DNA of 61,434 nt from an uncultured Mageeibacillus sp. (GTDB taxonomy: Bacteria > Bacillota > Clostridia > Saccharofermentanales > DTU023). The notes under the pieces were generated by a model. It did no database searches and was not told where the DNA came from. It saw only the letters and a program-made list of their open reading frames with translations. Where the stretch lies: NCBI GenBank assembly GCA_964486135.1, contig CAZAKT010000002.1:1-61434 (forward strand), read 5' to 3'. This document shows, in pieces, positions 19,473 to 28,457 of the stretch. Position 1 is the first letter of the stretch. Each line of letters starts with the position of its first letter. The position numbers and the translations under genes are program-made.

Positions 19473-20647
19473 GCTCCCTCTTCCGCGATCAGGCTGTCGT
19501 AGACCAGCTTCATCCGTTGGAGTGAGGCCAGGAGAAGCTGGCGGGCACAGGCCAGGTTGACCCGCTCAAAGCCCCGGCCACCCTCGCCAAAGATATAGCC
19601 CTCGTCAAGATAGAGCCATCTGTCGATCATGCCTTGCTCCAGCCGTTCGTGGTCCCGGCAGACAGCGCGGAAGTCCAGCCAGGCCAGGTAGGTGCCCTCC
19701 AGATCAAAGACCCCCACCCGGGGCATCTGGTCCTGTATGAAGGTCTTGAGCGCCCTGTAGTTGTCCTGGACATAGACCAGCATGGCCTGGTACCAGTCAT
19801 CACAGGCGGTGTAAGCCATCTCCGCAGCGGCAAAGCCGAAGCTGCTGTGGGTGTGGACGCCGTCAGTCCGGACCCGGTCGGCAAAGATTTCCCTGTCTTT
19901 TGAGTCCTCGACCACAATGCTGGCGACTCCCAAGCCGGCCAGGGAAAAGGTCTTGCTGGCGGAAAAAGCGACCAGATGCCGGGTGCCGTGCTTCCGGGCC
20001 AAGCGGCTGAAAACGCAGTGTTCCTTCCCGAAGGTGAAATCGCAATGGATCTCATCGGAGATGACAAAGACGTCATATTTTACGGCCAGGCGGGCCATCT
20101 CATCCAGCTCCCACTCGTCCCAGACGCGGCTGACGGGGTTGTGGGGACTGCAGAGGATGAAGAGCCTCGATTGACTGATCTTCCGCTCGAAATCCTCAAA
20201 ATCGATGACATAGGCCCCCTCCCTGATCCTGAGTTCCTGGGTGACCAGGGTCCTTTGATTCTGTTCGATCGCGCGGAAGAAGGGATAGTAGACGGGAGTC
20301 TGGATCAGGACCTTGTCCCCCTTGTCCGAAAAGGCCCTGACAGCGGCATAGACAGCCTGTACGACACCTGTCGCCGGAACGATCCAGTCTTTTTCGACCG
20401 GGAAGCCGTGATGGAGGGAGTACCAGCGGTTGACCGCCTCATAATAATCCGGCCGGGGCCCGGTATAGCCCCAAATCCCTTCCTCAGCCAGGTCCTTCAA
20501 TCTTTCCCGGATGCAGGCGGGACTTCTGAACTCCATGTCAGCCACGGAGAGGGGGATGATATGTTGTCCGGGATCGACCGGGCCCGGGGCCTGGTCCCAT
20601 TTCATGGATCCGGTATTCCGGCGGTCGATGATCTCATCAAAATTCAT
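19469..20647 (-). CDS. MalY/PatB-family PLP enzyme (cystathionine beta-lyase-like C-S lyase)
   Basis: LSVADMEF, WGYT, LCSPHNP, SDEIH, PLP-lysine SASKTFSLAGL, EGTYLAWLD. Confidence 0.9.
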   Translation of the reverse strand: MNFDEIIDRRNTGSMKWDQAPGPVDPGQHIIPLSVADMEFRSPACIRERLKDLAEEGIWGYTGPRPDYYEAVNRWYSLHHGFPVEKDWIVPATGVVQAVYAAVRAFSDKGDKVLIQTPVYYPFFRAIEQNQRTLVTQELRIREGAYVIDFEDFERKISQSRLFILCSPHNPVSRVWDEWELDEMARLAVKYDVFVISDEIHCDFTFGKEHCVFSRLARKHGTRHLVAFSASKTFSLAGLGVASIVVEDSKDREIFADRVRTDGVHTHSSFGFAAAEMAYTACDDWYQAMLVYVQDNYRALKTFIQDQMPRVGVFDLEGTYLAWLDFRAVCRDHERLEQGMIDRWLYLDEGYIFGEGGRGFERVNLACARQLLLASLQRMKLVYDSLIAEEGA

Positions 20648-20664
20648 AGCCTATTCCCCAAGCC

Positions 20665-21573
20665 TCAGTCGTCCAGCAGCCAGTGTTCGATGATTTTGCT
20701 ATCATCAAAGCCGTGAAGGCCCAGATAGTATTCAAGGGACTCAGTCAAGGCGGCCAGGGGGGCCAGGCCGATGATCTCGCTTCCCAGGACCGGGACCCCG
20801 TAGCGGGCCGCCTCCATGCGGACCGTCTCAAAGACACGGTAGATGGGGGTTTTCCGATAGTCGGTGATGTTCATGGTCACCTGGACCAGGCCCTTTTCCT
20901 TCAGCTCGACGCCGCCGGCCTTGATTGCCTGAAAGCCGCCTCCGGACTGGCGGATGGCCCGGGCGATCCGGTCCGCGATCTCCAGCCTGTCCGTCCCCAG
21001 GTCAATGTTGTAGGCGATCAGGGGGAAGCGGGCCCCAACCGCCGTGACTCCGGCTGTGGGGTGGATCCTCCTATCGCCGTAGTCAGGCTCCCATTCGGGG
21101 AGAAGGAGTTTTTCCGGCATACCCTCGAACTGACCCCGGCGGATCTTCGCCAGGTTGACCCGTTCCGGCCGGGAGGCCGAGTCCTCGTAGAGGAAGACAG
21201 GGATGCCGTAGCGGATGTTGATCTCACTGGCCAGGGACTTGGACAGGTCAACGGCCTCCTCCACCGTCATATTCCTTATTGGGATCAGGGGGACGACATC
21301 GGTGGCCCCCATGCGCAGATGTTCCCCTTCATGCCGGTTCAGGTCGATCTTTTCAGTGGCTACGCCCACCGCGTCCAGGACAGCTTCCTTGACCGCCTCC
21401 GGCTCACCGAGCAGGGTGACGACCAGCCGGTTGTAGTCGGGGTCGGCCTCGTAGTTGACCAGCCTCACCCCTTCCCGCTTCTTCAGGGGGGCGACGATGG
21501 CTTCAATGCTATCCTTGTCGCGGCCCTCGCTGAAGTTGGGGACACATTCGACAATGGGCAGTCCTTGGGTCAT
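20665..21573 (-). CDS. ftcD: Glutamate formimidoyltransferase
   Basis: ECVPNFSEGRD, DPDYNR, HLRMGATDVVP, RFPLIAYNI, QVTMNITDY. Confidence 0.93.
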   Translation of the reverse strand: MTQGLPIVECVPNFSEGRDKDSIEAIVAPLKKREGVRLVNYEADPDYNRLVVTLLGEPEAVKEAVLDAVGVATEKIDLNRHEGEHLRMGATDVVPLIPIRNMTVEEAVDLSKSLASEINIRYGIPVFLYEDSASRPERVNLAKIRRGQFEGMPEKLLLPEWEPDYGDRRIHPTAGVTAVGARFPLIAYNIDLGTDRLEIADRIARAIRQSGGGFQAIKAGGVELKEKGLVQVTMNITDYRKTPIYRVFETVRMEAARYGVPVLGSEIIGLAPLAALTESLEYYLGLHGFDDSKIIEHWLLDD

Positions 21574-23600
21574 GACATATTCTCCTCGCTAGCCTGGCGG
21601 AGGGTGGCCTCGACCAGATCATCGTCGGCAAGATAGGGGAGGGTCAGCCGGTCGCGGCCCCCCATCTGCCTGTTATAGGCCCTGGCCGTCTCGATGGCAT
21701 TTTCATTCCTGGCCCAGGCCCGGCGGGCGACCCCTGCCATGACATCCCAGGGAACGGCGTTTCGCAGCACCTCATCGATCCGCTCGGAACCGTCGAGGAC
21801 GCAGCCGAAGCCGCCATTGATCGCCTTGCCAATGCCGGTGCCACCCCCGTTATGGAGGGCGCAAAGGCTCATGCCCCGGGCCGCGTTCCCGGCGAAGACA
21901 GAGGTGGCCATATCGGCTGTCACCTGACTGCCGTCATAGATATTGGAGCTTTCGCGGAAGGGTGAATCCGTACCTCCCGTGTCGTGGTGGTCGCGCCCGA
22001 TCATGACCGGGCCGATCAGGCCCTGGCGGACCATCTCATTGAATTTCAAGGCCATATTCATGCGGCCATGCGCGTCACTATAGAGGATCCGGGCCTTGGT
22101 GCCGACCACCAGCCTGTTCTGCTCCGCGTCGCGGATCCAGTTGTAGTTGTCCCGATCCTGGTAGCGGCGGTCGGGGTCGATGCAGGAGAGGGCAGCCTGG
22201 TCGGTCAGCTTGAGATCCTGCTCCTTGCCTGACAGGCAAACCCAGCGGAAGGGGCCGTAGCCAAAATCGAAGAGGAGGGGGCCCATAATATCCTCAACAT
22301 AAGAGGGCCAGATAAATCCGTCCCGGTCGTTCTCGCCGTTCTTTGAAATCTCCCTGACCCCTGAGTCGAAAATGGCCTTCATGAAGGAGTTGCCGTAGTC
22401 GAAGAAATAGCTTCCCTCTTCCGTAAGCTTTCTTATGGCCTGGAAGTGAGCTTTGAGGGAGCGGTCAACCGCTTCCCTGAAGGCGGCCGGATCCTGGGCC
22501 AGGAGCCGGGTTCTTTCCTCGAAGGACAGGCCCTGGGGGCAATAGCCTCCTGTGTAGGGCTCGTGGCAGGAGGTCTGGTCGGACAGGAGATCGATGGGGA
22601 AGGCCGTCTTAATCGCGTATTCCAGGAGGTCAACCACATTGCCGGAATAGGCGATGGCCAGGGCCTCTCTCCTGGCCAGGGCCTCCTCTGCCTTTTCGAA
22701 GGCCTCGGGACAGGACTGGGCGACCAGATCGATCCAGCCCTGGTCCAACCGGGTCTGAATCCGGGAGGCATCCACCTCGGCCACGATGGAGACGCCGCCC
22801 GCGATCTTACAGGCCTTGCCCTGGGCGCCCGACATGCCGCCAAGTCCCGAACTGACAAAGAGGCGGCCGGCCAGATTGCCGTCAGGGGCAATGCCCAGCC
22901 GCATGCGACCGGCATTGAGCAGGGTATTATAGGTCCCGTGGACGATACCCTGGGGGCCAATATACATCCAGCCCCCCGCAGTCATCTGTCCGTAGTTGGA
23001 AACTCCCATGGAAGCGGCCCGGTTGAAGTCGTCGGGGTTGTCATACTGGCCGATCATAAGGCCATTGGTCAGGATAACCCGGGGGGCGCTGATCTGGCTG
23101 TGGAAGAGGCCGACCGGGTGGCCGGAGAAGAGGACCAGGGTCTGCTCCCCGGTCAGGAGTTCAAGGTATTGCTTGATCAGACGGTATTGCATCCAGTTCT
23201 GGCAGACAGCGCCCGTCTCTCCATAGGTGATCAGTTCGTAGGGGTAGAGGGCCACCTCAAAGTCCAGATTGTTGTCGATCATAACCTGGAAGGCCTTGCC
23301 CTCAACGCAGTTGCCCTTGTAGTCCTGGATCGGTCTGCCATAGATCCTGCCGGGCGGCCGGAAACGGTAGCCATATATTTTTCCGTGTTGGTCGAGTTCC
23401 TTCAGGAATTCAGGGGCCAGTTCCGCATGATAGGCTTCCGGGACATAGCGGAGCGCGTTTTTCAGGGCGGTGGCCCTCTCCTTGTGAGAGAGCTTTGCCT
23501 CGCGTTTGGGTGCCCGCCGGATACCCGCCTCAAAGGTGGGATAGGGCGGCAGCGGGCCCTGGAGTGTGGCCGTCAGATCCGGCCTTGCTTCGTCTTTCAT
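21570..23600 (-). CDS. hutU: Urocanate hydratase, long (676-aa) form
   Basis: YGQMTAGGW, IGPQGIVHGT, GLGGMSGAQ, SDQTSCH, GPFRW, GRDHHD, HNGGG; GGAGG RBS before ATG 23600. Confidence 0.95.
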   Translation of the reverse strand: MKDEARPDLTATLQGPLPPYPTFEAGIRRAPKREAKLSHKERATALKNALRYVPEAYHAELAPEFLKELDQHGKIYGYRFRPPGRIYGRPIQDYKGNCVEGKAFQVMIDNNLDFEVALYPYELITYGETGAVCQNWMQYRLIKQYLELLTGEQTLVLFSGHPVGLFHSQISAPRVILTNGLMIGQYDNPDDFNRAASMGVSNYGQMTAGGWMYIGPQGIVHGTYNTLLNAGRMRLGIAPDGNLAGRLFVSSGLGGMSGAQGKACKIAGGVSIVAEVDASRIQTRLDQGWIDLVAQSCPEAFEKAEEALARREALAIAYSGNVVDLLEYAIKTAFPIDLLSDQTSCHEPYTGGYCPQGLSFEERTRLLAQDPAAFREAVDRSLKAHFQAIRKLTEEGSYFFDYGNSFMKAIFDSGVREISKNGENDRDGFIWPSYVEDIMGPLLFDFGYGPFRWVCLSGKEQDLKLTDQAALSCIDPDRRYQDRDNYNWIRDAEQNRLVVGTKARILYSDAHGRMNMALKFNEMVRQGLIGPVMIGRDHHDTGGTDSPFRESSNIYDGSQVTADMATSVFAGNAARGMSLCALHNGGGTGIGKAINGGFGCVLDGSERIDEVLRNAVPWDVMAGVARRAWARNENAIETARAYNRQMGGRDRLTLPYLADDDLVEATLRQASEENMS

Positions 23601-23642
23601 AAGGCCCTCCTTTCCTTTCACCATGGCTGTTTCAAGTATACT

Positions 23643-23656
23643 ATCCTTTAAAGGAT
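23643..23656. promoter_or_regulatory. Perfect 14-bp palindrome between divergent hutU and ROK genes (candidate operator)
   Basis: ATCCTTTAAAGGAT, adjacent to a minus-strand TATACT (-10-like) at 23635-23640. Confidence 0.45.
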
Positions 23657-23680
23657 TGTTCAGCCGGGAGGTGGAGAGCC

Positions 23681-24649
23681 ATGGCTTGGTCAGTCGGAAT
23701 TGATCTTGGCGGTACGAATATGGCGGCGGGCCTTGTCGACGATCGATACCGGATCATCGAAAGAGTGGAAGTAAAGACAAGGGCGCCACAGCCGGCCGCC
23801 TCCCTCGCCTCATCCATGGCGGACTGTATCCACTCGCTTCTGAAGCGGCAGGGTCTTGAAGGGCGGGACCTCTCTTCCATCGGGCTGGGCCTGCCCGGCG
23901 TCGTCGACCCCCAAAAGGGGATCCTGCTTTTTGCCCCCAATCTAGAGCTTGAGCAGGTCGACTTCCCCTCACTTTTGTCAGACTATTTCCCGGAAACCCC
24001 GGTCTATGTCAGCAATGACGCCGACTGCGCTGTTTTTGGGGAATATCTGGCGGGTGAGGCAAAAACTTATGACAGTACCCTCTTCCTGACCCTGGGGACG
24101 GGGCTGGGTGGTGGCTTTATTTTCGACGGGAAGCTATACCGGGGGGCTACGGGATTGGGCATCGAGCCCGGCCACATGACCCTGGTGGCAGAGGGGGGGC
24201 TGCCATGCAGTTGTGGCCAGCTGGGTTGCTTTGAGGTCTATGTCACCTCGCGCGGTCTTCGGCGCCTGGTCCTGGAGGAGCTGGCCGACGGCCGGCCCTC
24301 CCCTTTAGGGGACTTGATTCAAACACCCTCCCCTGAATTTGACGCCAGGCTTTTCTTCGAGGCTGTCCGCCAGGAGGATCCGGCCGCCCTCCGCGCCCTG
24401 GATCGCTACACCAGCTATCTGGCCATGGGCATCAGGACCTTGGTCGTCCTTTACCGCCCCCATCTCATTCTCCTGGGCGGCGGGATAAGCCAGGCTGGAC
24501 CTCTCCTCCTGGACCCCCTCCGGATTGCCGTCAAGCGGACCAGCTTTGCCGGCGATAGCCTTCCCCCGCCCCCCATCCAGCTGAGCCGTCTGGGCAATGA
24601 AGCCGGCATTATCGGCGCCGCCCTCCTCTATCGGGAGGGCTGTGTCTGA
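23681..24649 (+). CDS. ROK-family sugar kinase (glucokinase-like)
   Basis: GIDLGGTN, NDADCA, GTGLGGG, EPGHM, zinc motif CSCGQLGCFE; no N-terminal HTH. Confidence 0.9.
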   Translation: MAWSVGIDLGGTNMAAGLVDDRYRIIERVEVKTRAPQPAASLASSMADCIHSLLKRQGLEGRDLSSIGLGLPGVVDPQKGILLFAPNLELEQVDFPSLLSDYFPETPVYVSNDADCAVFGEYLAGEAKTYDSTLFLTLGTGLGGGFIFDGKLYRGATGLGIEPGHMTLVAEGGLPCSCGQLGCFEVYVTSRGLRRLVLEELADGRPSPLGDLIQTPSPEFDARLFFEAVRQEDPAALRALDRYTSYLAMGIRTLVVLYRPHLILLGGGISQAGPLLLDPLRIAVKRTSFAGDSLPPPPIQLSRLGNEAGIIGAALLYREGCV

Positions 24650-24664
24650 TTTGCAAGAGGTGAC

Positions 24665-24692
24665 TTGTATTTGAAAACAAATCGGTTATACT
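24665..24692 (+). promoter_or_regulatory. sigmaA-like promoter for the xdhC operon
   Basis: TTGTAT (24665-24670), 16-nt spacer, TATACT (24687-24692) in an AT-rich gap. Confidence 0.45.
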
Positions 24693-24731
24693 GATCCTGC
24701 CAGCTTCTTTTCGGAAAGTGGGGGGATTATT

Positions 24732-25826
24732 GTGGACCCGATTTTAGCCGCTCTTGAACAAGCTCTCGAAGAAAAACAGGATACCGTTCTGGCGACTGTC
24801 ATCGCCAGCTCAGGCGCGACACCCCGGGGAGAGGGGGCCAGGATGCTGGTGGGAAGTGAGGACCGACTGGCGGGAACAGTCGGCGGAGGGGCCGTTGAAT
24901 TGCGGTCGATCCAAATCGCCCGGGAAGCCATCCGGGAGAGACGGTCCAACATCCATCACTTTATCCTGACCAAAAACCAGATAGAAGATATCGGTATGAT
25001 CTGCGGTGGCAACGCCACTGTCCACTATCTCTTCCTGGAAGCTGGGGATGAGGAGCTCCTGCGGACCGTCAAGGCCGCCCGGGAGGCCATCTCCAGGCGT
25101 CAGCCCAGCTGGCTCCTGACGGATATAAGCCAGGAGAATCAGCTGGGCCTGGCCCTTTTCACAGCCCCTGAGGGGGCCAACCCGGCCGCTCCTGATTTTG
25201 ATAGGGAGGGCTGGCTTTTCACCGGCTTCCCCCCCGATCATAAATGCACCAAGGCCCTCCTGGAGGAGCCTGGACTCCTCTGCCAGCGTGGACGGACCAT
25301 CGAAAGTTGCGGCCATAGCTTTTTTGTGGAGGAATTGGTGGTGCCGGGCCTGGTCTATCTTTTTGGCGGCGGTCACGTGGGCCAGGCCCTGACCCCTGTC
25401 CTGGCCCGGGCCCATTTCGCCGTCCTTGTCCTGGATGACCGGCCTGAGTTCACGGATCCCTGTCTCTTCCCCGGCGCCTATGATGTCCGGCTCTGTGACC
25501 TTGACCAGATTGATCGCTCTGTCTCCATCGGTCCCGAGGATTATGTCTGTGTCATGACGCGGGGCCACAGCAAGGACCTGGAGGTGACTGACCAGGTCCT
25601 GAAGACACCCGCCCGTTATATCGGGGTGATAGGCAGCCGTCACAAACTGGCCACCGTAGACAGACTCCTGACAGAGCGTGGCCAGAGCAAGGCGCAGCTC
25701 GAGCGCATAGTTTCCCCCATCGGCCTTGACATAGGGGGGGAGACACCGGAGGAAATCGCGATCAGTATCGCGGCCCAGATGATCGCGGTGCGATCGGGAA
25801 AACTCCAGGCCAGAAGAAAGCTCTAG
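24732..25826 (+). CDS. xdhC: XdhC/CoxI-family molybdenum-cofactor maturation protein
   Basis: GATPRGEGARM, GTVGGGAVE, GMICGG, FGGGHVG, MTRGH, YIGVIGS, SPIGLDIGGETPEEIAISI. Confidence 0.9.
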   Translation: MDPILAALEQALEEKQDTVLATVIASSGATPRGEGARMLVGSEDRLAGTVGGGAVELRSIQIAREAIRERRSNIHHFILTKNQIEDIGMICGGNATVHYLFLEAGDEELLRTVKAAREAISRRQPSWLLTDISQENQLGLALFTAPEGANPAAPDFDREGWLFTGFPPDHKCTKALLEEPGLLCQRGRTIESCGHSFFVEELVVPGLVYLFGGGHVGQALTPVLARAHFAVLVLDDRPEFTDPCLFPGAYDVRLCDLDQIDRSVSIGPEDYVCVMTRGHSKDLEVTDQVLKTPARYIGVIGSRHKLATVDRLLTERGQSKAQLERIVSPIGLDIGGETPEEIAISIAAQMIAVRSGKLQARRKL

Positions 25827-25836
25827 ACAAGCGGTC

Positions 25837-27630
25837 ATGGAAGCTTTTTCTGAAAGACTGTCATTCGCCTATCCGGCCGATGAGCGCCAGCTCCTTGCCT
25901 TTGTCAGGTCAAGCTTGGAAGGTCCGGAAAGGCGGCCCCTCCTTCTGACGGGGGCCATAGGTTCGGGAAAATCTACCTTTGTCCAGCACCTGATTGATGA
26001 CCTGGGGGCCGTACCGGCCGGCTATATGACCATCCGCCATATCGATGCCGATGAGAGACGCCAGTGTTTCACACATGTGCCCGCCGGCAATCAGCGGGGG
26101 ACCGGCTTCCTGACGGTCAGACACCATGAGGGCGACAGCTTCCCTGAGGGAAGCTGTTTTCTTATGGCGGACGGTCAAGGCCGCCATTTCGACCTGGACC
26201 GCTTCGACCGGTCGGTATCCCCCCTGATCGACCGGCCGGGGACCCTGCTGGTCCTGGATGAGCTGGGGGGCGACGAGCTCCTGCTGGACAACTTCTACCG
26301 GAAAATCCTCGATTTGCTGGGAGATAGGTCAAGATCAATCATCGTGGTATGGAAGAACGATGTCTCCTTTGAAAGGTCGGTCGGCCGTTCATCCCTGGCA
26401 GAAGAGGAAAAGGACTTGATCAGGGAACGCCGGCAATCCATCGTGTCGCATCCCGGCCTGGTCCAGGTCGAACTCTTGAACGGAGGCCAATCCCTGGCGC
26501 ACGAGAGGCGGACCCGGTGGGGGAGCGCCGCCGCTCCGGCTCCCCTCCCGGTCCAGGGAGTTTCGGCCTCTGCACAGGAAGAAAGGGGTCTGGCCCCGCA
26601 AAAGGCTGAAGGCCGGCCCAGGCGCATGTCGCTCCGCTTCGCCATCCTCTTTATCCTGCTCCTGGCAATCATCACGGTCTCCTTCGCGGTCGGTTGGTAT
26701 GGCATCAGTCCCGCGACCATCCTTCGATTTTTCTGGAGCCAGCTCTTCCGGACGGGTGAAAGCTTCGCGACCGAAATCCATACCGTCCTGATCAATGTCC
26801 GCCTGCCCCGCATCGTCCTTGGCCTCCTGGTCGGGGCCGGGCTTTCCGTCGCGGGACACAGCTTCCAGGGTGTATTCCAAAACCCCATGGCCTCTCCCGA
26901 TGTCCTGGGAGCCTCATCGGGCGCTGGATTTGGCGCCGCCCTGGCCATCCTCTGGGGGCTTCCCTCCACGGGAATAACCTTGTTTTCCTTCTTCTTCGGC
27001 CTGCTCTCCATCGTCCTGGTCCTCTTTCTGACCTCCCTGGTCAGGGCGCAAAGGGTCCTGGCCCTGATTTTGACAGGGATCGTGGTCGGCTCACTCTTCT
27101 CAGCCGGTCTTTCATTCATCAAGCTGGTGGCGGACCCCCATGACCAACTGCCCGCCATCACCTACTGGCTCATGGGCTCCCTTAATTCATCCCAGGTGAA
27201 ACAACTCTCCTTTGCCGGACCCCTGATCCTGGGTGGCCTCCTGCTCATTCTTCTCCTTCGCTGGCAACTCAATGTCCTTATGGCCGGTGAGGAGGCTGCC
27301 CAGGCCATGGGGGTAAGGACTCGGCTTCTTCGGATCATCCTGATCCTGGCGGCCACCCTGGTGACGGCAACCGCCGTCTCTGTCAGCGGGGTGATCGGCT
27401 GGGTAGGCCTGGTCGTCCCCCACATCGCCCGTATGATCACAGGGGCCGACAACCGCTATTCCCTGCCGGCCTCCGCCCTCATCGGTGCCGGCTTTTTGAT
27501 CTTTGTCGATGATATCGCCCGGCGGGCGACGACGAGCGGGATCCCGCTCGGTATCCTGACCGCTTTTATCGGCGCGCCCTTTTTCATCTACCTGATCCTC
27601 CACCAGGGACGGAAGGAAGGGGCCATCTGA
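25837..27630 (+). CDS. Fusion: NTPase_1/THEP1-like P-loop NTPase + FecCD/BtuC-family ABC permease
   Basis: One uninterrupted 597-aa ORF. It has Walker A GAIGSGKST and Walker B LLVLDELG, an Ala/Pro linker, then permease motifs VRLPR, QGVFQNPMASPDVLG, GEEAAQAMG and GWVGLVVPH. Confidence 0.85.
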   Translation: MEAFSERLSFAYPADERQLLAFVRSSLEGPERRPLLLTGAIGSGKSTFVQHLIDDLGAVPAGYMTIRHIDADERRQCFTHVPAGNQRGTGFLTVRHHEGDSFPEGSCFLMADGQGRHFDLDRFDRSVSPLIDRPGTLLVLDELGGDELLLDNFYRKILDLLGDRSRSIIVVWKNDVSFERSVGRSSLAEEEKDLIRERRQSIVSHPGLVQVELLNGGQSLAHERRTRWGSAAAPAPLPVQGVSASAQEERGLAPQKAEGRPRRMSLRFAILFILLLAIITVSFAVGWYGISPATILRFFWSQLFRTGESFATEIHTVLINVRLPRIVLGLLVGAGLSVAGHSFQGVFQNPMASPDVLGASSGAGFGAALAILWGLPSTGITLFSFFFGLLSIVLVLFLTSLVRAQRVLALILTGIVVGSLFSAGLSFIKLVADPHDQLPAITYWLMGSLNSSQVKQLSFAGPLILGGLLLILLLRWQLNVLMAGEEAAQAMGVRTRLLRIILILAATLVTATAVSVSGVIGWVGLVVPHIARMITGADNRYSLPASALIGAGFLIFVDDIARRATTSGIPLGILTAFIGAPFFIYLILHQGRKEGAI

Positions 27631-28448
27631 TGGACAGGCGACCGGTAATGACGAAGGGAATCGAGGTGGAGGGCCTTTCCTTCCGCTACAGGGCCGAGCC
27701 CGTCCTGACCGATCTGTCCTTCCAGGCTGGGGGCGGTCGGGCCATCGGGGTGCTGGGCGCCAACGGGGCCGGCAAGTCGACCCTCTTCAAACTGATCCTG
27801 GGCATCCTCCCCCTCCAGGAGGGGGGGATCCGGGTCAACGGTAATCCCCTTACCGAACTTTCAGTCAAGAAAAGGGCCCTGGAAATGGCCTATATCCCAC
27901 AGACGGAAACCGGCAGTTTCTCTTTTTCCGTCGAGGAGGTTGTCCTAATGGGAACGACAGCCAGCTTCGGTATGTTCTCGCAACCGGGAAGAAAAGAGAG
28001 GGAGAGGGTGGAAAAGGCCTTGGCCCTGATGAAGATCGAGTCTTTCAGGGACAGGCGCTATGACCAGCTTTCCGGCGGCGAGCAGCAGCTGGTCCTGATA
28101 GCCCGGGCAGTCGCCCAGGACGCCCCCATCCTGATCATGGATGAGCCCTGTGGCAGCCTGGACTACGGCAATCAGATCCGGGTCCTGGAGCAGATCCGCA
28201 GCCTGGCCGACCAGGGCTACCTGGTCCTCTTCTCGACCCATAACCCCCAACAGGTCTTCCTCTACGCGGACGACGTGCTTCTTATCAGCGGCCACACGGC
28301 CTACGCCTACGGCCCGCCCCACGAAGTTCTTTCCGAGTCCCTGCTCACCCATGTCTATGGTATCCCCATCCGATTGGAGGAAAGTGCCCGGACAGGTGAT
28401 GTCACTGTCCTGCCCGATTTCATTAAAATCCGGCAAAATCGTAAATAG
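27630..28448 (+). CDS. Class III metal-chelate/oxyanion ABC ATP-binding protein (FecE/MolC-like)
   Basis: GANGAGKST, AYIPQ, LSGGEQQ, IMDEP, STHNP. Confidence 0.9.
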   Translation: MDRRPVMTKGIEVEGLSFRYRAEPVLTDLSFQAGGGRAIGVLGANGAGKSTLFKLILGILPLQEGGIRVNGNPLTELSVKKRALEMAYIPQTETGSFSFSVEEVVLMGTTASFGMFSQPGRKERERVEKALALMKIESFRDRRYDQLSGGEQQLVLIARAVAQDAPILIMDEPCGSLDYGNQIRVLEQIRSLADQGYLVLFSTHNPQQVFLYADDVLLISGHTAYAYGPPHEVLSESLLTHVYGIPIRLEESARTGDVTVLPDFIKIRQNRK

Positions 28449-28457
28449 GAGAAATTT

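Noticed and set aside
21570-23600. Long 'eukaryote-like' urocanase as evidence of cross-domain transfer
   Set aside because: The ~676-aa form is usual in anaerobic Firmicutes that use the FtcD route
22446-23651. 401-aa plus-strand ORF opposite hutU (also 18226-19152, 20683-21636)
   Set aside because: Antisense shadow ORFs of hut genes caused by codon bias
24810-25838. 342-aa minus-strand ORF opposite xdhC (also 32703-33860 opposite lpdA)
   Set aside because: Fully overlaps a motif-rich gene on the other strand; no family signal
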